Of a stretch of 64,000 nucleotides of DNA, positions 1 to 12,980 are shown piece after piece. The notes below the pieces were generated by a model, which did not search any database, was not told where the DNA came from, and saw only the letters and a program-made list of their open reading frames with translations. The first letter of the stretch is position 1, and every line of letters begins with the position of its first letter. The position numbers and the translations under genes are program-made. This stretch comes from Eledone cirrhosa (taxonomy: Eukaryota): contig OZ024755.1 in the NCBI GenBank assembly GCA_964016885.1, positions 19,840,001 to 19,904,000 of the forward strand. The letters are read 5' to 3'.

Positions 1-230
1 CAAGGAAAGAGGAGAGAGGGCAAGGAAAGAGGAGAGAGGGCAAGGAAAGAGGAGAGAGGGCAAGGAAAGAGGAGAGAGGGCAAGGAAAGAGGAGAGAAGG
101 CACGGAGAGAGGAGAGAGGGCAAGGAGAGAGGAGAGATGGCAAGGAGAGAGGAGAGATGGCAAGGAGAGAGGAGAGATGGCAAGGAGAGAGAGGAGAGAT
201 GGCAAGGAGAGAGAGGAGAGATGGCAAGGA
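1..230. repeat. GA-rich minisatellite (~20-bp unit CAAGGA(A/G)AGAGGAGAGA(G/T)GG)
   Basis: Tandem units visible from base 1; array is truncated by the window edge. Confidence 0.95.
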
Positions 231-324
231 GAGTGCGAGCGATAGGGACAGAGGGCGCGAGAGGGAGAGAGAGAGAGCTGGAGACAGTGCGAGAGAGAGA
301 GATCGTATAGAGCTATGGAGAGTG

Positions 325-1197
325 AGTGAGAGAGAGAGTGCGAGAGAGGAGGAGCGAGTGCGAGAGAGGAGGAGCGAGTGCGAGAGAGGAGGAGCGAGTG
401 CGAGAGAAGAGTGAGATAGGGTGAAGGAGTACGAGAGAGGAGTGTGATAGGGTGAAGGAGTACGAGAGAGGAGTGAGATAGGGTGAAGGAGTGAGATAGG
501 GTGAAGGAGTGAGAGAGAGGAGTGAGATAGGGTGAAGGAGTACGAGAGAGGAGTGAGATAGGGTGAAGGAGTGAGAGAGAGGAGTGAGATAGGGTGAAGG
601 AGTACGAGAGAGGAGTGAGATAGGGTGAAGGAGTGAGATAGGGTGAAGGAGTGAGAGAGAGGAGTGAGATAGGGTGAAGGAGTGCGAGAGAGGAGTGAGA
701 TAGGGTGAAGGAGTGAGATAGGGTGAAGGAGTGAGAGAGAGGAGTGAGATAGGGTGAAGGAGTGCGAGAGAGGAGTGAGATAGGGTGAAGGAGTACGAGA
801 GAAGAGTGAGATAGGGTGAAGGAGTACGAGAGAAGAGTGAGATAGGGTGAAGGAGTACGAGAGAGGAGTGTGATAGGGTGAAGGAGTACGAGAGAGGAGT
901 GAGATAGGGTGAAGGAGTACGAGAGAGGAGTGAGATAGGGTGAAGGAGTACGAGAGAAGAGTGAGATAGGGTGAAGGAGTGAGATAGGGTGAAGGAGTGA
1001 GACAGGGTGAAGGAGTGAGACAGGGTGAAGGAGTGAGATAGGGTGAAGGAGTACGAGAGAAGAGTGAGATAGGGTGAAGGAGTGAGATAGGGTGAAGGAG
1101 TGAGACAGGGTGAAGGAGTGAGATAGGGTGAAGGAGTACGAGAGAAGAGTGAGATAGGGTGAAGGAGTGCGAGAGAAGAGTGAGATAGGGTGAAGGA
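325..1197. repeat. Purine-rich minisatellite built from GAGTGAGATAGGGTGAAG and GAGTACGAGAGAG subunits
   Basis: Direct tandem repeats; accounts for the spurious ORF 313..1278. Confidence 0.95.
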
Positions 1198-1520
1198 GAG
1201 AATGCGATCTTGGACTATTAAAACCAGAGGCGTATAATTGTTATGATTCCCTCTGATGTTTGTATTTGAAGAATTCATAACATGCTTTACTTTACTGTTT
1301 CAACCTGAATGGTGTCTAATGTTTGAAGAGACTAAGAGGTGAGAATATTGTCAAAAGATATCTGGAAATCAATCCATACCAAGTTCAAATATGTTTTCCT
1401 ACTTGTATTGTCTTTGATTATAACTCGCTTGATAATTAGCAGATTTTACAATCCTCATACGAGTTTATAGCATCCTTTCTATTCTTCTCGATGTTTTATC
1501 AATGTTATTGGAGCTAAAAA

Positions 1521-1975
1521 GGGCGATGGATTGGCAGTAATCGATAAAGTGCCAGGAAACATGCTCTACTGCAGGCATGACAAACAGGCGACCCTTTACA
1601 AGCACACCTGCGGCCCGCACAAAGGTTTTTACAGCGCGAGCATGTTTTATCTTCGTAGTATAAAATTAAAAAAATATGTTGTAATGTGCGCAATTAGTTG
1701 TCGTGTGTGGCCCTCAGACAACACGTGTGACCCATGTGGCCCTCAGACAGCAGATATGTGAACCATGTGGCCCTCCTCAGACAACACATGTGTGACCTAT
1801 CTGGCCCTCGAGGGACCCTCAGTTTTACACGCCTGCTCTACTGCATATGGTTACCTCTTTTTACGTTCTGAGTTTAAGTCTCACCGAGGTTAACTTTGCT
1901 AAAATAAAATACCAGTAACGTACTGGGATCGATTTAATCGACTATCCCCTCTCCCAAAATTATTAGCCTTGTGCC
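1521..1975 (+). mobile_element. Old tRNA-derived SINE copy interrupted by a hAT MITE
   Basis: Head GGGCGATGGATTGGCAG..., resumes after the MITE with TCTGAGTTTAAGTCTCACCGAGGTTAACTTTGC...ATACCAGTA...GCCTTGTGCC, matching the abundant SINE family in this window. Confidence 0.75.
1572..1835. mobile_element. hAT-superfamily MITE (264 bp)
   Basis: Imperfect TIRs CAGGCATGACAAAC / GTTTTACACGCCTG, perfect 8-bp TSD CTCTACTG (1564-1571, 1836-1843), subterminal TGTGGCCCTC / GCGGCCCGC motifs. Confidence 0.85.
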
Positions 1976-3660
1976 ATAATCAGTAACCCACTGGAAACGA
2001 TTTAATCGATTTCCTCTCCAAGAATTGTTTACCTTATGCCTAAACCAGAAACTAATATTATTGTAGCTAACGCTTTGTAGATTTAGATTGTTAGCTTGTG
2101 GGGTCACTAGGTTTGAAGGATCGTATTTTCCTTTTTACTGTATCTGTTGAGGATTGAGATAGTTTACTGAGTAACTCAATTCACTCGTATTTATGCTTTT
2201 TCTCAACACTTCATTGAATATTTACTTCAAGTAATTTATGTATGTGTGTATGTGTCTGTATATTAAATGTTTGAAACAAGAGTTGAGGCGCTTCACTTGC
2301 TTTGAACATTCTTGTTCTTGCGCGTGAGTAAACAAAAGATATCCTTTGGATATCTTTTGTTTACTCACACATTTTTCTATTTCTCTTGTTTGCAATCCAT
2401 TGTATTATGTTTTATTTTTAACAAGTACTTGCTAAAATTCTTTAAGGTTCGATCTATTGAATTAGTTCAAAGAATCGTCATAAAAAAACTGGTGGATTAT
2501 CTGAGATTTAACAAGGTTCTTTGATTTCAAGTAATTCTATTCTATTTTATTTTTCTGATATTTTGTAGTTCCATGCCCCCCCCCCCCCCCTTTCTTCAGT
2601 TTTATCTGTATGTTCGTATTTTCAATAAGGGCTCAGATATGTTTTCTTTTATACATATATTATATATATATATATATATTTCCTGTATGATTGTTTCTAA
2701 TGTCCTTTGCTTCTGCTTTGACGTTAACAGTTAAAGTCATGAGATGTTATAGACTATCTCACAAAACGGAAATTATATCAAACAACAGCCTTGGTTGTAG
2801 GTAATGTGGATGTTCAAAGGTACTAATGGTGCATATGAGTAACTATCGACACGCGTTCAGATGCAGAGATTGCAAAGAAATGACATAGCAAGCTTTTACT
2901 TCCATCATTTCACACTAGGACATTAAAAAACCCCGCGTATGGGGTCAAATTGTCCAAATGAATAAATTACATGCTTTGTAATCACAGCTATAAATGGGTT
3001 GAAAGGATTTTATCTGTTGGAGGCTGGATGTTGATGGAGAATATGTATTACTACTGGATAAATGTGCCTTAATCCTGGGAATATATGAATAAGTAGATAA
3101 AGAAAATCTGCTTTGGTTTGTTAAAAAGCAAATTCGTTTATTGATAAGTTTCTTCGAATGCCCGTAACCACTTATTTTGATTTTATGGTTGATGATGAAA
3201 AAAGATTGCACTGAAACTGCAATAACGTAGAGATTAAGGTGTGGTTAGTAGGTTTAGTCATTGCTTCTCTCAGCACAGATCTTATACTGACATATATTTC
3301 TATAACTCGAAAATGGAATGTTGCCAAGCGATCACAGCTTCTACCAGTTAGGAATGCATTGAATGGGAAGTTAATAGTTAAAATTCTAGATATGATAATA
3401 TTGTAAAGGTATGGGTTATGCTATTCTTGGAGATATCACAAATATCTCTGGGGATTTGCTGAACCACCTTTTAAGAAAAAATTCAAATGATTATTATGGA
3501 TTATATTCAAAGATATTTAATCGGGCAGTACTAAGTGACCTAGGAATGTGGGATTGCCAATTCATAGATACAATCGTTGTCATCCGGAACCTGATGCGGG
3601 AAGTTAGTTAAAATCATTCTCCGTGCATCAGTCAATGTTCACAGATTGGTAACGTGTAAA

Positions 3661-3840
3661 ATAATTGTTTCTACTTTTTGGCATAAGGCCAGCAATTACC
3701 CAGTACATTACTGGTACTGTATTTTATCGACCCCGTAAGGATGAAAGGCAAAGTTAACCTCGGCGGGATTTGAACTCAGAATAGCAAGGGCCATAACTAT
3801 GCGTCAAAGAAAGGCGTCCGACCCTCTACCGATACTGCCA
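3661..3840 (-). mobile_element. tRNA-derived SINE, family S1 (Nin/Deu-like central domain)
   Basis: Minus strand has B-box GAGTTCAAATCCC, CTTTCATCCTTACGGGGTCGATAAAATA.AGTACCAG and tail GTAGAAACAATTAT; GTGTAAAATAA is duplicated on both sides. Confidence 0.9.
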
Positions 3841-3847
3841 GTGTAAA

Positions 3848-4031
3848 ATAACTGTTTCTACTTTTGGCACAAGACCAGCAATTACCAGTAGATTACTGGT
3901 ACTTTATTTTATCGACCCCCGTAAGGATGAAAGGCGAAGTTAACATCGGCGGGATTTGAACTCAGACCGTAAAGGGACGTAACTATACTGGAAAGCATGG
4001 CGTCCGACTCTCTACCGATACTGCCAATCCA
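3848..4031 (-). mobile_element. SINE family S1
   Basis: Near full-length copy directly adjacent to the previous one. Confidence 0.9.
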
Positions 4032-4550
4032 TATGATATGGTTATACTATATCTTCGAGTATAGAATGAAGATTGTTTTGGCGATGTAGTTTATCCCTTC
4101 TGAGTAGTTATGGCAAAACAATTTGTATGTTTGGAAATATTGAAAGAGCTGCAGTCAGAATATTTCCTCTTCTATCAAGATCACTTCAATTTAAAAAAAA
4201 AACACTTAAAAGAGATGTGAGCATACAGGGTGAAAATATCAAAGGTGAGTGAGATTAGAAAATGTTTAGATGAGAGGAAAAACCTTCAGTTTCAACCAGA
4301 GATAGAAATTGTACATAGCAAGTATCTGCAGCAATGGAAGTATTTGTCTTCACGTACATCGGTACACAGTGGATGTGAACATTCCACTCATGTGTTTTTA
4401 ATTAATTAAACTCGCACACATACTGTATATATAGGTCCAACAATGAAATCAAAAAGCGATGTTTTGTGCTCAATCAGTTGATAAACTGATTAATCATTGA
4501 ACTTCACCTTTTGTTTTCATTTCTCAATATATATATATATATATATATAT

Positions 4551-4738
4551 AACAAAGGAATTGTGGTAAGGAACCTGATGGACCATAACCCACCAGAGTA
4601 CACAATACTTAGGGTAGTAGAGTGGGAAATAGGAAAAAGTATGACCCCGACGGCATAGCTCAAGCCGTTTCGACGGCTATTTCTGGACGTCCAGAAATAG
4701 CCGTCGAAACGGCTTGAGCTCTGCCGTCGGGGTCATAC
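4551..4738 (-). mobile_element. Fold-back element family A (putative Penelope pLTR 3' part with half hammerhead)
   Basis: 100-bp near-perfect palindrome 4639-4738 containing GAAACGGC-ttgagctct-GCCGTC (HHR stem III + GUC); tail abuts (TA)n at 4550. Confidence 0.8.
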
Positions 4739-5164
4739 GCACATGGTCTAACGATATTTGAGGACATTAATATCACTGTTTTGTAAATCATAATTATATA
4801 TATCCTTAAACATAATCTGTTAATGTCTTAACAAAACGGTTTAGTATTTATTCCAGCTGTACCGATTGCAATTTCGTTGTTGAACACGTCTTAACTGCTT
4901 TGTTGTCTCTGATCCAATAGCTAAGCTGTTGTAATTCCTTAGCGTTTTAGCTCGCTTCTACACAAAATTATAACTCCGCATTGTTAAGTCGTTTATTAAT
5001 GCACCATTGTCATTTTGATTTGTTTTTGTATTATGGAAAATGATGTCAGAATTATTTTGTGCTATCTGTTCCATAGGAATTTCGCTATGTCAAACTATTC
5101 ATTTCAGAATTTACATTTGTATAGCTTGCACATAAGCATATACACATTCCCTCCCTCTGTGTCA

Positions 5165-6310
5165 GAGGAAGAGAGAAAGAAAGAGAGAAGGAATGAGAGA
5201 GAGAATGAGAGAAAGAGAGAAAGAATGAGAGAGAGAATGAGAGAGAGAATGAGAGAAAGAGAGAAAGAATGAGTGAGAAAGAATGAGTGAGAAAGAATGA
5301 GTGAGAAAGAAAGAGAGGAAAAGTGAGAGGGCAAATCAAGAAAGAGCGAGAGAGTGAGAGAGCGAGAGAGCGAGAGAACGAGAGAGCGAGAGAACGAGAG
5401 AGCGAGAGAGCGAGAGAACGAGAGAGCGAGAGAACGAGAGAGCGAGAGAACGAGAGAGCGAGAGAACGAGAGAGTGAGAGAACGAGAACGAGAGAGTGAG
5501 AGAACGAGAGAGCGAGAGCGAGAGAACGAGAGAGCGAGAGAACGAGAGCCAGAGAACGAGAGCGAGAGAGCGAGAGAGCGAGAACGAGAGAGCGAGAGCG
5601 AGAGAACGAGAACGAGAGAGCGAGAGAACGAGAACGAGAGAGCGAGAACGAGAGAACGAGAGAGCGAGAGAACGAGAACGAGAGAGCGAGAGAACGAGAA
5701 CGAGAGAGCGAGAGAACGAGAGAGCGAGAGAACGAGAGAGCGAGAGAACGAGAGAACGAGAGAGCGAGAACGAGAGAACGAGAGAGCGAGAGAACGAGAA
5801 CGAGAGAGCGAGAGAACGAGAACGAGAGAACGAGAACGAGAGAACGAGAACGAGAAAACGAGAGAGCGAGAACGAGAGAACGAGAGAGCGAGAGAACGAG
5901 AACGAGAGAGCGAGAACGAGAGAGCGAGAGAACGAGAACGAGAGAGCGAGAGAACGAGAACGAGAGAGCGAGAGAACGAGAGAACGAGAACGAGAGAACG
6001 AGAACGAGAGAGCGAGAGAACGAGAGAGCGAGATAACGAGAACGAGAGAGCGAGATAACGAGAACGAGAGAGCGAGAGAACGAGAGAGCGAGAACGAGAG
6101 AGCGAGAGAACGAGAACGAGAGAGCGAGAGAACGAGAACGAGAGAACGAGAACGAGAGAACGAGAACGAGAAAACGAGAGAGCGAGAAAACGAGAACGAG
6201 AACGAAAGCGAGAGAACGAGAACGAAAGCGAGAGAACGAGAAAACGAGAACGAGAAAACAACAGAACGAGAGAACGAGAAAGCACGAGAACGAGAGAACG
6301 AGAACGAGAC
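5165..6310. repeat. GA-rich compound microsatellite (GAGAACGA / GAGAGCGA)
   Basis: Direct inspection; accounts for the RE/SL-rich ORFs. Confidence 0.95.
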
Positions 6311-6624
6311 TGTAACATAATGTAAACTTTCAAAAGTATAGAAGCAGACGAAGTTTATAAAAATTATAATTCTAGAAGTACAGATGTACATGGGTGTGTA
6401 GAATATAAATCCGTGAGTAAACGGCAATTTGTCCTTATTATTCCATCCACACTCTATTATTACCGAAAATAATATAAAACGAAGCAGACTGGCAATTCAA
6501 ACAGATTATTATGAACCCCTGCGGAACTGGACAATTCTGTATTCTAGAGATTGAAAGCAAAGCTATGTGAGTCTTTCTCTCTCTCTCTGTCTCTCATATA
6601 TATATATATAGTGGGATTATATCG

Positions 6625-6735
<111 letters not shown>

Positions 6736-6762
6736 TGGGTTTATATCGTTCATTATATATAT

Positions 6763-6945
6763 CGGTGAATTGGCAGTATCGGTAGAGGGTCGGACGCCAT
6801 GCTTTGACGTATAGAGTTACGGCCCTTGCCATTCTGAGTTCAAATCCCGCCGAGGTTAACTTTGCCTTTCATCCTTACGGGGTCGATAAAATAAAGTACC
6901 AGTAATTTACTGGGTAATTGCTGGCCTTGTGCCAAAAGTAGAAAC

Positions 6946-6950
<5 letters not shown>
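6763..6950 (+). mobile_element. SINE family S1
   Basis: Full-length match to the family, inserted in (TA)n. Confidence 0.9.
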
Positions 6951-7003
<53 letters not shown>

Positions 7004-7017
7004 GGTTTATATCGTTC

Positions 7018-7068
<51 letters not shown>

Positions 7069-7082
7069 GGTTTATATCGTTC

Positions 7083-7119
<37 letters not shown>

Positions 7120-7144
7120 GGCTTATATTATTAAGCTTAGAGTT

Positions 7145-7331
7145 CGGTGGATTGGCAGTATCGGTAGAGAGTCGGACGCCATGCTTTCTAGCATAGTTAC
7201 GTCCCTTTACGGTCTGAGTTCAAATCTCGCCGAGGTTGACTTTGCCTTTCATCCTTACGGGGTCGATAAAATAAAGTACCAGTAATGCACTTGTTTAATT
7301 GCTGGCCTTGTGCCAAATGTAGAAACAATTA
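7145..7331 (+). mobile_element. SINE family S1
   Basis: Full-length; ATTATTAAGCTTA on both flanks (TSD). Confidence 0.9.
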
Positions 7332-7376
7332 TTAAGCTTACGCTAAGGTATGTCAATATCTTAACACCAAATATTA

Positions 7377-7435
7377 TATTTTATCTGATGAAGCACACTA
7401 AAATTTAGTGTCCTTGAAATACGTATAATAAAATA
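7377..7435 (+). ncRNA. Type I hammerhead ribozyme motif (minimal stem III, Penelope/retrozyme type)
   Basis: TATTTTAT-CTGATGA-[hairpin ACACTAA/TTAGTGT]-GAAA-T-ACGT-ATA-ATAAAATA: 8-bp stem I, intact core, palindromic loop III, AUA triplet. Confidence 0.75.
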
Positions 7436-7821
7436 AATACGGTATTATAAAGATATTTTCCATTTATTAATATTGTTAATATATATATATAATATAAATA
7501 TATATATATAAACAATATAACAGTAATACGTACATACATACGAAGTACGATATATTGTTGATAAGCTCTCGAAATATGAAGACAAGAACGTTATTAAGCT
7601 TCAGTGGATCTACTTCTCTTGGATCACGTTCTTATACGAGAGCCGAAGTCCCTGGGTTGAAAATCAGATGAGAAGTCAGTTATTCTCATTTTGTACTTAG
7701 TCGCTGTATTTTAAATGTATATCAAACCGTTTGGTGGCAATCGTTAGAAAGCATTCCATCCAACGTGAGAACACACACACACGCACGCACACGCACACAC
7801 ACACACACTCACACACACACC

Positions 7822-8015
7822 CGATTGACTTTCGTCAAATTTGACCGAGGAAACAATGTTTCCGTTGGTCTTTCCAATTGCTAATGCTATCTGTCGGTCG
7901 CAACTCCAAATAAAGTGTCTTGCTCCAGGACATAACGCATCGCCTGGTCCAGTAATCGAACACGCAACCTCACGATTGACAATTCAATTCTCTAACCACT
8001 CAGCCACGCGCCTTC
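7822..8015 (-). mobile_element. tRNA-derived SINE family S2 (V/Meta-like domain GTCCT.GAGCAAGACACTTTA)
   Basis: Reverse complement of 12661-12873; A-box/B-box-like head. Confidence 0.8.
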
Positions 8016-8558
8016 ACCACACACACACACACACGTATAATCTAACGTCGTCATAGTCACAGAAACACTTCAATTTTAAAGCGTTTTGTACAATGACTAT
8101 ATAGACAATTTGTGTTACACAGCAGTTTAAGAGTTTAAAATAGCTTAAAAAGTCTATGAATAAAGTATTAAAAATAGTATTGCGTGTAGCCTCAGTTTAG
8201 TAAGAAACAGCGTAGAATAACCGTACGCAGTTTAGTAATCATATATATATATATATATATAAACTAGAAATACACGGACATAAAAATACGACTTAGAGAA
8301 ACGTTGTAATTATTTATTTTGTCTGAGTCAGACAATGCTGATGTCAAAATCGATGAATTACAATATCACAACAATGTAAATAACGATAAAATAGAGTGGA
8401 AGATAAAGAAAAAAACAAGATGAAAGGACGAAAATGGTTTAAACCAATTAAGTAATTAATGAACTAAAGACCAAACGTTTATGTGTTTTTTGTTCTATGT
8501 TCTTTTGCTCAAATAAGACATTTTGGGGGAAATGATTAGAATGCAGAAATACACACAC

Positions 8559-9095
<537 letters not shown>

Positions 9096-9139
9096 TGCAA
9101 ACTCTGCTAAGAGTATTGCAATCGCTTGTCAGATTATAG

Positions 9140-9592
9140 AGCTTGGTTGACTTACTTTTAGGCTACGGCCAGCACACGAAAGGTTAACACATCCTGAAGA
9201 AGCAATGTCTGTGCTTTGAATGTTTTTTAAGTGGGGGAAAAGTCTTGCACTTGACCGATCCCACTCTCAGCATCAAAAACACTACCCGGAAAGGAGACCT
9301 GGTCAACATCATCGGATGCTTCCGAAGCCGCAGGTTTTTTTTCAGAGGTTCCCTCTATTAGAAAGGTGTTGTGACAACAACTGGAGGCCTTTCACTCCCA
9401 GGTTAAAAAAAAAATTAACTACTATTTGGATGGCCGTTGGCTCTTCTGAATTCCTCTGCCCTTCGCCGGGTCTAATGTCACCCTCCTCACCAAGCTAACT
9501 TGATGGGGGTTGCCGGTTTAGTCGCCGACGACCCGACCATGGGACAGGTTGTACTGGGTTACATGTTACCAGCAGCACTTGAGAGCGAACTG
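9140..9592 (-). mobile_element. GC-rich interspersed repeat, probably an RTE-type LINE 5' region
   Basis: Colinear homology with 47222-47700 (GGTAACATGTA.CCCAGTACAACCTGTC.CATGGTCGGGTCG..GGCGACTAAAC.GGCAACCCC...GGTGAGGAGGGTGAC). The RTE assignment is from recall only. Confidence 0.6.
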
Positions 9593-9629
9593 ATATATAT
9601 ATCTATCTATATATATATATATATATATA

Positions 9630-9875
9630 CTAGCGAAAGACCCCGTCGTTGCCGCGCACACCTTTCGCCAGTGTAAATCAAGCTACCCTCTCTCCCTCTC
9701 TCATTAACATAGCTGTCTTTAAATAGTCCTAGCACTCTTCTATTCTAGAGAAAAACAAGGTCTAAGCTATATGGTGACATGCTCTGGGGGCTAGATAACC
9801 TACGTATCAAATTTGAACAAATTCGGATGGAAACTGTGGAAATGAATCGCCTGCATACAGACATACATTTTCCTT

Positions 9876-9880
<5 letters not shown>
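9630..9880 (-). mobile_element. Non-autonomous Helitron-like element
   Basis: Minus strand ends with a GC-rich hairpin-like segment then CTAG|T; other end TATATAAAGG in (TA)n; internal AAATTTGAACAAATTCGG and ACAGACATACA motifs. Confidence 0.55.
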
Positions 9881-9909
<29 letters not shown>

Positions 9910-10426
9910 CACATATAAATATACATGCATACATATATATGTGTCCTTCACTTCCACTAAGCGTAAATCTAATATAACATGTAGAAGAATGGCTGTGTAT
10001 TTAGGGAGTTCACTTCACAGCCACGAGGTCCCAAGTTTAGTCGTACTGGGTGATACTTAGCCTTGCGTTGACTAATGAGTAAAGTCTAGTAGATGAAAAC
10101 TGCAAGGTAGCATGTCACACGCAGGTTTGAAGGTAAATCTAATGTTATTTACGTTTCTCAGGCAATCTAATCTAAAGACGAGGGAATGGACAGAAATGAT
10201 ATTTTGATGGCCGAAGTCCTGTTCTCTTTAACATCTACACTGAATTTCGTATTTTCCTTATTCTATATGTGTATGTGTGTTACGAGAAATGCTTTCCTCT
10301 TTAAATATTGTTCATCATCCTTGAGTAGAGATAACTGCAGGTAGTTAACCGAAACATGGCCTATATTTCGAGAAAAACAACTTGGAATTTTTTTAAAATT
10401 TCATTTCAATACTTTTCCCCACTGAT

Positions 10427-10464
<38 letters not shown>

Positions 10465-10498
10465 GTGTGTGGTGTGTGGTGTGTGGTGTGTGGTGTGT

Positions 10499-10589
<91 letters not shown>

Positions 10590-10749
10590 GTAAAATAAGA
10601 ACATTATAAAATTAACTTACTTGTGTAAAATTAACTTATTGTTCTGCATCCCCATGCATTGAACCACAAAGTTACTAAGACAAAACCTATATATTTGCTA
10701 GCATAAGTATGCATCTGTGTGTATATATATGTTACTAGATATACTAATT

Positions 10750-10788
<39 letters not shown>

Positions 10789-10809
10789 CACACATTATAT
10801 ATATGGTTT

Positions 10810-10958
10810 AATGGTTTAACCATCGTCTCAGTGTGTTTGGCCTTTTAACTTATGTTGTCGCTCTAGTTCACTAGCTTCTATGGAGCGCTTGCCACACATC
10901 TCGGAAGTTGCTTTTCGCTAATTTCCAAAAGCCGAAATATGATTCTCGCTAATTTATA
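10810..10958 (-). mobile_element. ~200-bp (TA)n-embedded repeat family B
   Basis: Diverged reverse complement of 12148-12350. Confidence 0.65.
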
Positions 10959-11149
10959 TTTATATATATATATATTTCTAGTCTTGTACACGTGCTTCTG
11001 AAAATATCAATGAAATACCTTAGGATTGTTACAAAAATAAATGAATAAGTAAATACGATCGCATTTCTGTTAATCTCGATACTGCCTTAAAATCTTTTTT
11101 AATCATTTCTATGTTTAATTATCTATTTTCTAAAAAACATCTACACACA

Positions 11150-11247
11150 TATATATATGTTTGTATGTGTATATATATGTATGTATATATATATGTGTGT
11201 GTTTGTATGCGTATATATATATGTGTTTGTATATATATATATGTGTT

Positions 11248-11283
<36 letters not shown>

Positions 11284-11508
11284 TGTATGTATATATATGT
11301 TTGTATATATATATATATGTTTGTATATGTATATATATGTTTGTATATATATATATGTTTGTATGTATATATATGTTTGTATGTATATATATATATGTTT
11401 GCATATATATATATATATGTTTGTATATATATATATATATATGTTTGTATATATATATATATGTGTGTGTGTGTGTTTGTATATATATATATATATAGAG
11501 AGAGAGAG
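11150..11508. repeat. (TA)n / TGTTTGTATATA compound microsatellite
   Basis: Direct inspection. Confidence 0.95.
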
Positions 11509-11876
11509 CCATATATCTACATATACTTACTAATGTGTGCATACACATATATACATGAACTAACATTCTCTCAGTTTTTCTCAATTCTGCTGTGTCTATA
11601 TATTTTCTCGTTTTAAACATTAGAATCATCACCTATATAGACACAATTTTTATCACTCTCCAGAATATCATTACTATTATCTTTATCATCACCATCGTTG
11701 TCTGTAACGTCATCATCATCACCATGTTAAATGTATTTAGACCCACGTCACACAATAAATCAATTTAATGTCGCCCCATATACAGAGACACTGAACCAAC
11801 GAAGGTGTCTAGGTAGTCATAGCTTGATTGATTTGATCTCGAGCAGATGTGACCCGAGGCTAACCAACATCAAACT

Positions 11877-12147
<271 letters not shown>

Positions 12148-12149
<2 letters not shown>

Positions 12150-12350
12150 AATAAATTATCGAGAATCGGAACTTCGACCCACGAAATAACGAAACACAAT
12201 CTTCGAAATGTGCGGCAAAGTGCTCAATGGTTCGGATAAACCAGAGCTATAACTAACGTTTAATACCAACACACAGAGACGGTGCTTAAACAATCATTCG
12301 AACAGCCAAAAATACGACCAAGAAAATTCGGGTCAGACAAATAAAAATAT
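12148..12350 (+). mobile_element. ~200-bp (TA)n-embedded repeat family B
   Basis: Shares TTCGAAATG.GCGGCA.AG.GCTCAAT..TTC.GATAAA.CAGAGCTATAACTA.CGTT.AATACC with the reverse complement of 27535-27745. Confidence 0.75.
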
Positions 12351-12434
12351 ATATGAAATATATATATATTAGAAAGTGAGGTTTTTTTACAAAATGAAAA
12401 ATAACCGAGGTGTCCTACACGAGTGAAAGTATAA

Positions 12435-12577
12435 GGAAAAAGGATGAAATCGAAAATGCAACTGGAGTCTTATTTAAAAATATATATATATATATATATA
12501 TTTATTTGGTTCCTTTACCGGTTTCGCAGACCCTCTGCTTTTGAAAAGTAGACTTGAAATGGAGGGCCTGTGGTTTT
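12435..12577 (-). mobile_element. Repeat family C with decayed hammerhead (12510-12551)
   Basis: Homologous to 32290-32409; minus strand reads GCAGA-ggg-TCTGC-GAAAC-CG-GTA-AAGGAA; the CUGANGA box is decayed (TTCAAAA). Confidence 0.6.
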
Positions 12578-12660
12578 TCTTTTTCACACACACACACACA
12601 CGCGCGCGCACACACGCACGCACACACGTACGCACGCACGCACACACACACACACTTCGT

Positions 12661-12873
12661 GAAGGCGTGTGGCTGATTGGTTAGAGATCTGGATTCGATA
12701 TCGTGAGGTTGTCAGTTCGATTCCTGGACCAGGCGATGCGTTATCTCCTTGAGCAAGACACTTTATTTCACTTTGCTCCTCCTACCTGGAGTTGCGACCG
12801 ATAGATAGCATTAGCAATTGGAGAGATCAACGGAAACATTGTTTCCTCGGTCCGATTTGACGAAAGTCGATTG
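12661..12873 (+). mobile_element. SINE family S2
   Basis: GGCGTGTGGCTGATTGGTTAGAG (A box) ... AGTTCGATTCC (B box) ... CTTGAGCAAGACACTTTA. Confidence 0.8.
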
Positions 12874-12980
12874 ATAAATTTAATATATATATATGTGTAT
12901 ATATATATAAGTTATATATATTGATAAATTCCAATATATGTCCTGGTAAAGACTATAGAAGCTCAATGCATGCTCCTGTG

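Noticed and set aside
313-1278. 321-aa ORF and the long ORFs at 5104-6427, 8495-9150, 16820-18115, 33407-33961, 43728-44426 and 56737-57408
   Set aside because: They are translations of micro- or minisatellites that lack stop codons by composition.
2740-3611. Stop-interrupted coding-like frames, possibly an old retroelement ORF
   Set aside because: No recognisable motif; cannot be distinguished from chance without a homology search.
6763-6950. tRNA genes suggested by A/B boxes in SINE heads
   Set aside because: No complete cloverleaf; the boxes belong to multi-copy SINEs.
8298-8308. GAAAC-GTT-GTA as a hammerhead 3' half
   Set aside because: No core, no stem II and no second copy to support it.
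9190-9225. CTGAAGA followed by an AGCA/TGCT hairpin as a hammerhead
   Set aside because: No GAAA box, stem III or stem I pairing.
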